The notes beneath the pieces are model-generated. The model was not told the DNA's origin. It worked only from the letters and a program-made list of their open reading frames with translations, and made no database searches. Source: Candidatus Eiseniibacteriota bacterium (lineage in GTDB: Bacteria; Eisenbacteria; RBG-16-71-46; DASYSL01). Taken from it: a stretch of 38,066 nucleotides of DNA. Position numbers and translations under genes: made by a program. Positions 29,252 through 38,065 of the stretch are shown here, one piece after another. Location of the stretch: the NCBI GenBank assembly GCA_046598045.1, contig JBKJJJ010000199.1, positions 1 through 38,066 of the forward strand. The letters run 5' to 3'. How positions within the stretch are numbered: position 1 is the stretch's first letter; every line of letters begins with the position of its first letter.

Positions 29252-30961
29252 TCAGACGTTGTCCGACGCGGTCTCCTTCAGCACTTCTTCAGCGGTCGTC
29301 ATGCCCTTCTTGAGTTTCGACAGCGCGTCCATGCGCAGCGAGCGCATGCCGTCGGCGAGCGCGAGGCGTTTGAGCGTGGTGGCCGATGCGCGGTCCAGGA
29401 TCAGGTCGCGCAACCCCGGCGACAAGGTCATGACCTCGTACACGCCCTGCCGCCCCTTGTAGCCCGTGTTGTTGCAGTCCACGCAGCCTGCGCCTTCGAT
29501 CCACGGGTAATCCGCCGCCTCCTCGACCGTCAGGCCGAGTTCGCGCAGCACTTCGGGGTGGGGCTCGACCTCGCGCTTGCAGTTGTTGCACACCTTGCGC
29601 ACCAACCGCTGGGCGAGAATCAGGTTGACCGACGACGCCACGAGGAACGGCTCGATGCCCATGTCGATCATGCGGCCGATCGCACTCGGGGCGTCGTTGG
29701 TGTGCAGCGTCGACAGCACGAGGTGCCCGGTGAGTGCAGCCTTGGTCGCGATCGAGCCGGTGTCGATGTCGCGGATTTCGCCGACCATGATGATGTTCGG
29801 GTCCTGGCGAAGGAACGCCTTGAGCGCCGCCGAGAACGACAGGCCCACGTCTTCGTTGACGAGCACCTGGTTGATGCCGTCGAGGTTGTACTCGACCGGG
29901 TCCTCCGCGGTCATGATGTTGACCTCGGGCGTGTTGAGCTTGGTCAGCGCCGAGTACAGCGTGGTGGTCTTGCCGGATCCGGTCGGACCGGTCACGAGCA
30001 CCATGCCGTACGGGTTCGCGATCGCCCGCGTGAAGTCGTTGAACGCCTGCGGCTCGAAACCGAGCTTCTCGAGGTCGACGTTGAGGTTCGTCTTGTCGAG
30101 GATGCGCATCACGAGCTTTTCGCCGAAGATCGTGGGCAGGGTCGAGACCCGCAGGTCGATCGTGCGGTTCAAGACCTTGATCTTGATGCGTCCGTCCTGC
30201 GGCACGCGGCGCTCGGCGATGTCGAGCTCCGACATGATCTTCAGGCGCGAGATGATCGCGGCCTTGAACTTGAACGGCGGCGCCATCATCTCGTAGAGCG
30301 TGCCGTCGATGCGAAAGCGCACGCGCAGGCTGCGCTCGTAGGGCTCGATGTGGATGTCCGACGCGCCCTTGCGCACCGCGTCGGCGATCAGCGAGTTGAC
30401 CAACTTGACGATCGGGGCTTCGTCCGCCAGCGAGATGTTCGACTCGAGCGACTCCTCGTCCTCGTCCTCGACCACGGCCAGCTCGTCTTCCATGCCCTTC
30501 ATGACGTCGGCCATCGTGTTGGCCTGGTCGTAATACTTGTCGAGCGCCTTCTTGATCGCAGGCTCCGGGGCCACGACCGCGTCGACCTCGAGGCCCGTGA
30601 TGAACTTGATGTCGTCGAGCGCGAAGATGTTCGTGGGATTGACCATCACGACCGTCAAACGGCGACCGGTGCGCGAAAGCGGCAGGGCCATGAACTTGAG
30701 GGCGACCTCCGGCGGCAGCAACTTGATGCACGCCGGGTCGGCTTCGACCTTGTTCAGGTTGACGGCCGGCACCCGGTACAGCGTCGCGAGGAACTCGGCG
30801 AGCCCCTCCTCCGAAATGGCGCCGGTCTTGACCAGGTTGCCGGTCAGGGAGCCACCGCTGTTCTTCTGCTGGAGCTCGGCCTTCTGGAGCGCGTTCTGAT
30901 CGATCAGCTTCGCGTCCAGGAGCTTCTGTCCCATGTCGTCGAACAAGACGCTCTCCTTCAC
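29252..30961 (-). CDS. pilB: Pilus extension ATPase PilB
   Basis: ASDIHIEP, ERRVPQDGR, GPTGSGKT, LRQDPNIIMVGEIRD and a CNNC/CVDC zinc site. GTG start at 30961 (alternative ATG at 30934). Confidence 0.96.
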   Translation of the reverse strand: MKESVLFDDMGQKLLDAKLIDQNALQKAELQQKNSGGSLTGNLVKTGAISEEGLAEFLATLYRVPAVNLNKVEADPACIKLLPPEVALKFMALPLSRTGRRLTVVMVNPTNIFALDDIKFITGLEVDAVVAPEPAIKKALDKYYDQANTMADVMKGMEDELAVVEDEDEESLESNISLADEAPIVKLVNSLIADAVRKGASDIHIEPYERSLRVRFRIDGTLYEMMAPPFKFKAAIISRLKIMSELDIAERRVPQDGRIKIKVLNRTIDLRVSTLPTIFGEKLVMRILDKTNLNVDLEKLGFEPQAFNDFTRAIANPYGMVLVTGPTGSGKTTTLYSALTKLNTPEVNIMTAEDPVEYNLDGINQVLVNEDVGLSFSAALKAFLRQDPNIIMVGEIRDIDTGSIATKAALTGHLVLSTLHTNDAPSAIGRMIDMGIEPFLVASSVNLILAQRLVRKVCNNCKREVEPHPEVLRELGLTVEEAADYPWIEGAGCVDCNNTGYKGRQGVYEVMTLSPGLRDLILDRASATTLKRLALADGMRSLRMDALSKLKKGMTTAEEVLKETASDNV

Positions 30962-31065
30962 GTTTCCATCGCGCACAAGACCCGCCTGGGGCGGGCGTGG
31001 ACCGAGAGCACGGGGACGCGGACCGCGCGCGTTATGCACGGCGCGGTCCGATCCCGTTCCCGCAA

Positions 31066-31081
31066 GGCAAGGCTCGTGCCG
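31066..31081 (-). promoter_or_regulatory. sigma54 promoter of the pilB-T-C-S-R unit
   Basis: Minus strand CGGCACGAGCCTTGCC (GG-N10-GC). Dyad TTGCG-CTTT-CGCAA at 31097-31110, with further TGCAA sites at 31143, 31175 and 31201. Confidence 0.7.
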
Positions 31082-31217
31082 ACTGCACGGAGCCGGTTGC
31101 GCTTTCGCAAGCCCGCTTCCTGCACGGACTAGCGCGTGGTTCTGCAACTGAAGCGCGCGCCTCACCGGGCGCGTTGCAATCCGATCGGGCGGAGTGCCAT
31201 TGCAAGATCAACCCTGC

Positions 31218-31703
31218 TCATCGCGCACGGGCCGAGTCCCGGAGCGTTCCGGCCGTCACATGCGGCCGAAGTCGTTCCAGCGTCTTGGGCCCGATGCCCT
31301 TGACCCGTCCCAGGTCTGAGGTTTTGCGAAACGGCCCGTGCGCCTTGCGATCCTCGAGGATGCGCTCGGCGGTCTTGGGGCCGATTCCCGGCAGTCCTTC
31401 CAGTTCATCGGCAGATGCGCGGTTGAGATCCAGTCGTCCGTCGAGGCCAAACGCACTTTTTTCCGCGCCTGGGGCCGCGGTGGCCGGGCGGGTTGCAACG
31501 TCGGCGGAGGCCATGGGAGCCGCGCGGGGCGCGGTTTCAGACCCTTCGGGAGGGATGAAATCGGGGGCGCCGAGGGCCAGCGAATCCCCCAGCGTGAGAG
31601 TGAGGATTCGCGGGTGGCGGGCGTCCAGCCAGGTGAGGGCGGCGCCGAGCGTGACCAGCGCCGACAGCAGCGCGACCGCGCGCAGTTCGTGCGGAGTGAG
31701 CAT
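31218..31703 (-). CDS. comEA: ComEA-family helix-hairpin-helix DNA-binding protein
   Basis: N-terminal TM helix, LDLNRASADELEGLPGIGPKTAERI...GPF and VKGIGPKTLERL. Confidence 0.9.
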   Translation of the reverse strand: MLTPHELRAVALLSALVTLGAALTWLDARHPRILTLTLGDSLALGAPDFIPPEGSETAPRAAPMASADVATRPATAAPGAEKSAFGLDGRLDLNRASADELEGLPGIGPKTAERILEDRKAHGPFRKTSDLGRVKGIGPKTLERLRPHVTAGTLRDSARAR

Positions 31704-31753
31704 CGTCCATCCACGCGGGGGCGGTGCGCGGGGGCCCAACGATCAGGCGGGGA

Positions 31754-34213
31754 CTAGTCCCAGAAGGTCCAGCGAAGCTCGATCCGGAGCAGGGCCTTCG
31801 CGGCCGGGACCGGCGCCGAGGAGACCGGATCGAACAGCGGGAGCCGGCGATTCGATCCGCCAAGATTACCCCACGCCGCGCGCAGCTCGAACTCATCGAC
31901 CACGGCGCCGGCATGGACGGAGAGGCGAGTCGCCGCGGGCAGGTTTCCCACCGGCGTGCCCGCGCGCGGCCCGATCCACTCCCCCGTCACGCCGAGGCGC
32001 AGGTCGGGCGCGCCGCCCTTGAACACGTGCCGTTCCTCGAGGCCGAGCGCGAGGCGCGCCTCGGGATCGGACGGGGAGAGCGCGGCGTCGACCCGCCGGC
32101 CGATCGCGTGCCCGCCGAGCGACGCGGTCAGGCCCTGAATCGGCGTCCAGTTCGCAGTCGCCACCAGCGCGAGGAAGCGCGTCGCCTCGCCCGTCGCCTC
32201 GAACGGCGCGATCTCGGCGGCCTCCCCGGCGAGCAGCGTGCGCGGCGGGTCCGAGCCCGGCGTGCTCCGCCCCGCGTAGAGCGCGCCACGGAGGTTGAGC
32301 GCGCCGCGCGGCGCACCGCCGCGCCACGAGCCGCCGGCCTGCTGGTCCGCGGAGCGGTGCGTGACGCCGATGCCGGAGAGCCAGGTCGACGAACGCGCGA
32401 TCGGCGGGTCGCCCGGCAGCGGATCACCGAACGCGTCGCGCGCGCGCGCGTCGGGCGCCGCGGAGAGCCCGCGCGCGATGCCGGCCCACGCGGACGTGCC
32501 GGCATCGAGTCGGCGAGAGAAGCGCAGGGAGGGGGCGACGTCGACCTTGCCTCCACCGTAGCTGCCCGCGCCGACCGCGGCGTCAAAACGATTACGGCGC
32601 CAGTCGCGCGACCCCGTGCCTGCCGACGCCCACCACAGCCTCGCGGCCCGGCGATCGAAAGCGACGTTGCCCTCGCTCTCGAGGGTCTCCCGGCCGTAGG
32701 TGAATTGGGCGAACGTCGGGCGGTAGGCGAGCCCGTTCCCCAACCCCGTGAGCCAGTTCTCGAAGCGGGCCGTCGCGCGCGTGCCGCGGCCGCGCTGCCT
32801 CGTGAGCCCGACGAGTTCGCCGGTATCGACGTACGAATCCGCGGTGCCCTCGACGGAGAGACTCGCGAGGTGGCCCCCGAGTTCGTGCGCCAGCGACACC
32901 ACGCCGCCTTCACCCCGGCGTGTCTCATAGCGCGGCGCGGCGTCCTCGATCGACTGCCGCGACGAACGATAAGCCGCCCTGCCCGACCACCCGCTCGAGA
33001 ACCAGTTCACCGACCCGGCGATGCTGTGGTCGCCTTCGGGGCCGAGCGGCTCGAGCGCGGCGAGCGAGCCCGCCTCCACCGCGAGCATGGCGTCGACCCG
33101 CTTGGCGCGCGCCGAGGCCGCGAAGCCGTTGTGCAGCGTGCCCGACTTGCCTGTGCCCGCCCAGCCCTCGACCCGCGGGTGGCCCGGAACCGAGGGCCAG
33201 GGCGACAGCCCCACTACGCCGAGCTCAGCGCGATACGCGTTCGTCGCCGACCCCGGGAGCGCCGGCGCGTCGAAGGCGCCGACCGCGGTCCACGGGACGC
33301 GCCCAGTCTCGCCCCCCACCGCGCCGACGCCGGTCAACGGCATCCCGAGCCAGCTCACGAGCATGCGGTTCGCACCCGCGACGCCGAAGCGGCCGAGCGG
33401 CTCGGCCGATCCCCGATCGTCCGCCCAGCGCTCGACGAAGCCGCCCTCGAGCGTGAGCGCGCGCGACAACGACCCGTCGTCGCGCCGCAGGAGCGTGGCC
33501 GGGCCCTCGCCCCACGTCGGCGGCGTGGAAGCGCGAATTTCGTCGCGGTAGCTCACCGAGTCGGCGTGGGCCGAGTCGGCGCGCGCGGTCTCGGCGGGCG
33601 TGGGGACGGCATCCTGCGCGCGGGCAATCGGCGCGTGCGCGAGCAGCACGACGCCGGCCGCGGCGAGCGCGACGGCCGCGAGCGAGCGCCGCGTGCGCTC
33701 GAGCGCGCGCGTGAGCAGCACGCCCACGGTCGCGAACAGCACGGCGTTGGTGGCGATGTGGAACAGGGAAAACGGGATCGCGCCAAGCAGCGTGACCTTC
33801 CACTGGCCGAACATCGCGGCGGTGGCGGCATTGGTGAGCACGTCGAACCCGAGGGTGACGGCGATCCCTCCAAGCACGAGCGCGATCCAGCGCTGGACCG
33901 GGCGCTCGAGCGCCAGGCGCCCGATCCACCCTCCGGCCGCGCCCACGAGCGCCATGCCGGCGACCTGGGAGACGAGCAACAACGGCAGCATGAGCCCCGA
34001 TCCATAAGGATTGATCGTGCTGAAGAGGAATTCGCCGAGCGCGCCGGCGACCGCGCCGCCGAGCGGGCCGAGAACCCAGCCCCCGGTGAACAGGATCACG
34101 GTGAGGAATTCGAGGTTCGGGATGCTCTCGGTGTATCCGACGGCCCACGCCAGCCCGGCGAACATGCCGGCGAGCGCGAGGCGCCTGATCGAAAGCAGCG
34201 AGGATCCCGGCAC
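31754..34213 (-). CDS. Fusion of a CbrT-like ECF S-component, an internal signal peptide and a TonB-dependent-receptor-like outer-membrane beta-barrel
   Basis: GTG at 34213 with AGGAAGGG RBS (an in-frame ATG also exists at 34279). Residues 1-170 have six hydrophobic segments with IPNLE, FSTINPYG, FDVLTN and FHIATN. Residues 171-199 read as a signal peptide. The remainder has a plug-like segment, amphipathic strands and a terminal LRIELRWTFWD. Confidence 0.75.
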   Translation of the reverse strand: MPGSSLLSIRRLALAGMFAGLAWAVGYTESIPNLEFLTVILFTGGWVLGPLGGAVAGALGEFLFSTINPYGSGLMLPLLLVSQVAGMALVGAAGGWIGRLALERPVQRWIALVLGGIAVTLGFDVLTNAATAAMFGQWKVTLLGAIPFSLFHIATNAVLFATVGVLLTRALERTRRSLAAVALAAAGVVLLAHAPIARAQDAVPTPAETARADSAHADSVSYRDEIRASTPPTWGEGPATLLRRDDGSLSRALTLEGGFVERWADDRGSAEPLGRFGVAGANRMLVSWLGMPLTGVGAVGGETGRVPWTAVGAFDAPALPGSATNAYRAELGVVGLSPWPSVPGHPRVEGWAGTGKSGTLHNGFAASARAKRVDAMLAVEAGSLAALEPLGPEGDHSIAGSVNWFSSGWSGRAAYRSSRQSIEDAAPRYETRRGEGGVVSLAHELGGHLASLSVEGTADSYVDTGELVGLTRQRGRGTRATARFENWLTGLGNGLAYRPTFAQFTYGRETLESEGNVAFDRRAARLWWASAGTGSRDWRRNRFDAAVGAGSYGGGKVDVAPSLRFSRRLDAGTSAWAGIARGLSAAPDARARDAFGDPLPGDPPIARSSTWLSGIGVTHRSADQQAGGSWRGGAPRGALNLRGALYAGRSTPGSDPPRTLLAGEAAEIAPFEATGEATRFLALVATANWTPIQGLTASLGGHAIGRRVDAALSPSDPEARLALGLEERHVFKGGAPDLRLGVTGEWIGPRAGTPVGNLPAATRLSVHAGAVVDEFELRAAWGNLGGSNRRLPLFDPVSSAPVPAAKALLRIELRWTFWD

Positions 34214-34238
34214 GAATGTCCCTTCCTGGGCCCGGAAC

Positions 34239-34262
34239 AAAAAAGCCCCGCAGTCTGGGGGC
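34239..34262 (-). terminator. Intrinsic terminator-like hairpin in the leader of the S-component/barrel gene
   Basis: GCCCC-CAGACTGC-GGGGC followed by T6, 25 nt upstream of the GTG start. Confidence 0.65.
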
Positions 34263-34288
34263 GGCGGGAGCGGCACCATTCGGGAGTC

Positions 34289-34317
34289 ACGTTAGAGCGG
34301 GCCCCGCGTTCGCGCAA
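34289..34317 (-). promoter_or_regulatory. sigma70-type promoter upstream of that terminator
   Basis: Minus strand TTGCGC-N17-TAACGT. Confidence 0.45.
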
Positions 34318-34346
34318 GGCCGCGTTGCGGCAGGTGGGGAGGGAGG

Positions 34347-35204
34347 CTAGGCGCCCCGGGCCTGGGCGCGGCCGAGGTCGTCGCGGCCGGCGGCCTCGCG
34401 CAGGCGCTCCACGATCTCGATCGCGACCGTGGTGTCGCCGACCTGCGAATAGCCGGTGCGCGCGCCGTGGCTGTCGGAGCCGCCGGTCGCGATCAGCCGG
34501 TACTTCTCGCACAGGCGCAGGTAGCGCCGGCGGTCGCCCTCGTCGTGGCGCGGGTGGTTCACTTCGAGCGCGGTCAGGCCGACCTTTGCGAGCTCGGGGA
34601 TGAGCGCGTCGCGTTGCATGGTCGCGGGGTGCGCGATCGCGGGCACGCCGCCGGCGCGCCGCACGAGTTCGATCGCGCCGCGCGGCGTCATCGTTTTGCG
34701 AGTCACGTGCGCCGGTGCGCGATTGCCGAGGAAGCGCCGGAACGCCTCGTCGATCGAACCCACGTAGCCCGCGGCCACCATCGCCTCGGCGATGTGCGGC
34801 CGCCCGATCGAGCCACCCTTCGCGCGTTCGAGCACGTCGTCCCACGACAGGTCGAAGCCCAGCTCCTCGAGGCGTTCGAGGATCGCGTGCGCGCGCAGCA
34901 GGCGCTGTTCGCGAAACGACACCAGGGCCTGGCGAAACTCGGCGTCGTGGTCGTCGACATACAGGCCGAGCATGTGCACCTCGACCGCGCCGTCGTGCGC
35001 CGAGAGCTCGACACCCGCGATGATCTCGAGCCCCGTGCCGTCGGCGCGCGCACGCGCCTCTTCGAGGCCGTCCACGGAATCGTGGTCGGTGAGCGCGAGC
35101 GCACCGAGTCCCTTCTGGAGCGCGCGCTCGACGATCATCGTCGGCGTCATCGTGCCGTCGGAGTGCAGCGAGTGGGTGTGGAGGTCGGCGCCGCCCGTGG
35201 GCAT
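34347..35204 (-). CDS. PHP-domain phosphoesterase (YciV/TrpH family)
   Basis: DLHTHSLHSDG, ALTDHD, GVELS, VHMLG, GRPHIA, AHP and TGGSDSHG. Confidence 0.92.
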   Translation of the reverse strand: MPTGGADLHTHSLHSDGTMTPTMIVERALQKGLGALALTDHDSVDGLEEARARADGTGLEIIAGVELSAHDGAVEVHMLGLYVDDHDAEFRQALVSFREQRLLRAHAILERLEELGFDLSWDDVLERAKGGSIGRPHIAEAMVAAGYVGSIDEAFRRFLGNRAPAHVTRKTMTPRGAIELVRRAGGVPAIAHPATMQRDALIPELAKVGLTALEVNHPRHDEGDRRRYLRLCEKYRLIATGGSDSHGARTGYSQVGDTTVAIEIVERLREAAGRDDLGRAQARGA

Positions 35205-35215
35205 GATGGCTGCGC

Positions 35216-36934
35216 TCAACGCTTGAGTTCGCGGATCTTCGCCGCCACGTCCGGGTAGTTCGGCTGCGCGGTGAAGACCGCCTCGAAGTGCTCGAGCGCC
35301 TCCATCGAGCGCCCGGAGGCCTCGAGCACGAGGCCCAGGCTGTAGCGGAACGACAGCGCGCTGTCGGCGGTGATGCCGGGGAGCGAGAGTCCCCGCTCGA
35401 ACTCGGCGATCGCGGCGCCGAAGTCGCCGCGCTCGAGCAGGCAACGCCCGAGCATGTCGGTGCACTTGATGCTGAACTGGGGATCGCGCGCGGCGAGGCG
35501 GAACTCGGCCACGGCCTCGTCGAGCAGGCCCATCTGGCGGTAGGTCATGCCCAGATCATAATGGCTGGAGGCGTCATCCGCCTCCACCTGTTCGCGGACG
35601 CCCGCCTGGAAGGCCGAGAGCAGCTCTCCCAGGTCGACGTCGAGGTCCTCGGGCATGCGCTGCGACACCGTCACGCGGTCGCGCCTGAGGTCCACTTCCT
35701 CGATCTGCGCGCGCCGGCCCCAGTCGGAGAGGCGCTCGAGGCGACGGGCCGCCTTGTCGTTGTTCGGGTCGTAGGCGCGGGCCTGCACGAACCACTCGTG
35801 GGCCGCGGCCGGCTCCTGCGCCGCGAGCGCGAGGTCGCCGAGCTCGCAGCAGACGCCCGCGGCCTCGATCCACTGCTGGCGGCGTTCGCAGTTGCCGAGC
35901 CAAAGCCGATAGAGGCGTTCGCTGGCCTGCGGGCTGCGCGACAACTCTTGGAAGATCGCGGCGGCCTGCTCCATCCCGCCCGTGGACTCCCACGCCTGCG
36001 CAGCACGCAGCAGCGCTTCGGCCGCCTGCTCGCGCTCCCCGGAGGCCAGCAGGCCGCGGGCATACGCGAGGTGCTCGTTGACCTCGGCCGGGATCGCGTT
36101 CTCGGCGGGCAATGGCTCAGCCGGAGACACCTGGGCGACCGCGGCGCCCGACATGCTCGCCGTCGGATTGCTGATGCGGGTGCTCTCGATGCCCTCGCGC
36201 GGCGCGGACGCCGGGGGGACGAACGTGCCGTTGCGCGAGATGTCGCCGTGCGAGCTGCGGCCGGTCGGCAGCGCGCGCGGGGATTCGACCACGGGGGCCG
36301 GTGCGGGCGCGGCCACCTCTTCGGCCACCTCGGCCGACGATCCCGGGTGCAGTTCCTCGGCACGGTCGCGCGCGGCCTGCGCCTGATCGAGCTGGCCCTT
36401 CGAGTCATAGGCTCGCGCAGCCTTGATCAGCGCACGCGACGCCTTGAGCTTCTCACCCTCGAGGTTCCAGACCTCGCCGAGCTTCTCGGCGTACTTCGGA
36501 TCCTCGGGGATGAGCCGGACCGCCTGTTCGAGCGCATCGGCGGCCGCGGCGCGCTGGTCCTTGCCGAGCATGAGGTCGGCGAACTGCGCGTAGTAATGAC
36601 CGGCGTCGGTGGAAAGACCGTCCTGGGCGTGCAACTCGGCCAGCGCCTTGAGCGTGTCGAGCGAACGCAGGTTGAGACGGAGCATCTTCTTGCAGACGGC
36701 GATCGCGTTCTTGACCAGGCCGGCCTTGCGATAGGCCTCGGCGGCCTCCTGATAGCGACGACCCGCCTCGTCGAGGACCCCCTTTTTGAAATAGAGGTCG
36801 CCCAGCGTGACGTGCGTGTACGGATCGCTGTCGTCGGCGGCGAGCAGCTTGTGATACTCCTCGACCGCCCGGTCGAGGTCGCCGTTCTGAACGAAGCGTT
36901 GGGCTTTTCGCTTGATCTCGAGAGTCTTTTCCAA
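35216..36934 (-). CDS. Cytoplasmic multi-TPR protein (SgmX/FimV-C-like architecture)
   Basis: TTG start with GGAGGG RBS. N-terminal TPRs, a Pro/Ala/Ser linker, middle TPRs and C-terminal DASSHYDLGMTYRQMGLLDEAVAEF TPRs. Confidence 0.85.
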   Translation of the reverse strand: MEKTLEIKRKAQRFVQNGDLDRAVEEYHKLLAADDSDPYTHVTLGDLYFKKGVLDEAGRRYQEAAEAYRKAGLVKNAIAVCKKMLRLNLRSLDTLKALAELHAQDGLSTDAGHYYAQFADLMLGKDQRAAAADALEQAVRLIPEDPKYAEKLGEVWNLEGEKLKASRALIKAARAYDSKGQLDQAQAARDRAEELHPGSSAEVAEEVAAPAPAPVVESPRALPTGRSSHGDISRNGTFVPPASAPREGIESTRISNPTASMSGAAVAQVSPAEPLPAENAIPAEVNEHLAYARGLLASGEREQAAEALLRAAQAWESTGGMEQAAAIFQELSRSPQASERLYRLWLGNCERRQQWIEAAGVCCELGDLALAAQEPAAAHEWFVQARAYDPNNDKAARRLERLSDWGRRAQIEEVDLRRDRVTVSQRMPEDLDVDLGELLSAFQAGVREQVEADDASSHYDLGMTYRQMGLLDEAVAEFRLAARDPQFSIKCTDMLGRCLLERGDFGAAIAEFERGLSLPGITADSALSFRYSLGLVLEASGRSMEALEHFEAVFTAQPNYPDVAAKIRELKR

Positions 36935-36961
36935 GCCGTTCCCTCCGCCTCCAATCCGGCG

Positions 36962-38065
36962 TCAGGCAGTGCGTTCCGTCGCTTCGGCAAATGCCTTACG
37001 GGCATCCTCGAGGGCGTCATGGGACAGGCGGGCGAGTTCGGCGGCACGCCTCTCCACGGCCTCCTTATCGGCCGACGCCGGCAGGTTCTTCAGGTTGATT
37101 TGCACGTTCCACAGGGCGGATTCGACGCCGGCCCGGGCGAGGGCGCAGGCGGTGGCCCCGTCGGAGGCGGCATGGAGGTTGCCCTTGTGGACGATGCGGG
37201 CGGCCCAGCGGGCCACTTCGGCGCAGGTTTCGGCGGTTTCGAGCGGGACCCGGGTGGCCTCCCAGGTGGCCTCCACGACCGCCTTCTCCCTGACTTCGGC
37301 TTCGGCCGGGGTTCCTTGAGGCAATCGGAAGGCCGTCATCACCCGCTCGAACGCCTGGCTATCGCGGCGCATCAGCCCGCCCAGGGCCCGCCGCAGGCGA
37401 TCGGCCTCGGCCCGGGCCTCCCCCATCTCCCCCTGGACGTCGGCGTACTTCTTCTTGCCGAGCGTCAGGTTCGCGACCATGCCGACCAGTGCGGCGCCGA
37501 GCGCGCCCGCCAGCGCGGCGACCGTGCCGCCGCCCGGCGTCGGGTTCGCCGACTGCACCTCGTCGAGGAAGCCCCCGAGCGAGACGCCCTCGGACACGGG
37601 CGGATGCTGCATGCGGATCTCCAGCACCTGGTCGCGCCGGAAGTTCTCGAGCTTGAGGTGGTGCTCCGCCGCGTCGAGCATCGCCGCCTGGGGCACGAGG
37701 CCGACCACCTCGCAACCCGTGACGAGCGTTCCCCAGCGCCGAGCCTCGTCGTCGATCAGCGCGAGCACGCGATGGATCGGCGTGCCGTCGGTGTTCACCA
37801 GGTTCATCGAGACCTGCGCCTGGCGGCCCTCGCGGATCGAGAATCCGAGCGCCTTGACGTAGCGCAGCCCCCCATCGCCGAAGCGAATCGCCTTCGCGAT
37901 CCGCTTCGCCACGGCGACGTCGGAAGTGGCGAGGTTCGCGTTGAACGCGACCAGCGGTCGACGCGCGCCGATCGCGACCGCGCCCGCGGTCGGATGGACC
38001 GCGTTCGGGCCGAAATCCGGCTGGCGCGCGGGGTCCTTGCCGACCAGCTCCCGCAGGCCCTCGAA
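36962..38065 (-). CDS. ftcD: Bifunctional glutamate formiminotransferase/formiminotetrahydrofolate cyclodeaminase (5' part outside the window)
   Basis: PDFGP..VHPTAGAVAIGARRPLVAFN, GGLRYVKALG and AQVSMNL, then a cyclodeaminase domain (PTPGGGTVAAL, NVQINL). Confidence 0.93.
   Translation of the reverse strand, partial: FEGLRELVGKDPARQPDFGPNAVHPTAGAVAIGARRPLVAFNANLATSDVAVAKRIAKAIRFGDGGLRYVKALGFSIREGRQAQVSMNLVNTDGTPIHRVLALIDDEARRWGTLVTGCEVVGLVPQAAMLDAAEHHLKLENFRRDQVLEIRMQHPPVSEGVSLGGFLDEVQSANPTPGGGTVAALAGALGAALVGMVANLTLGKKKYADVQGEMGEARAEADRLRRALGGLMRRDSQAFERVMTAFRLPQGTPAEAEVREKAVVEATWEATRVPLETAETCAEVARWAARIVHKGNLHAASDGATACALARAGVESALWNVQINLKNLPASADKEAVERRAAELARLSHDALEDARKAFAEATERTA

Noticed and set aside
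34214..34346. Cobalamin or fluoride riboswitch upstream of the S-component gene
   Set aside because: No B12-box or GGGAA/GCCACTG core is visible and the space is short. The AATGGTG stretch does not complete a fluoride riboswitch fold.
31724..34603. Long plus-strand ORFs (959 aa here; also 370-2367, 2371-4479, 25102-27135, 27136-29313 and 29081-31132)
   Set aside because: Antisense shadows of well-supported minus-strand genes in GC-rich DNA. They are Arg/Ala/Gly-rich and carry no recognisable motifs.
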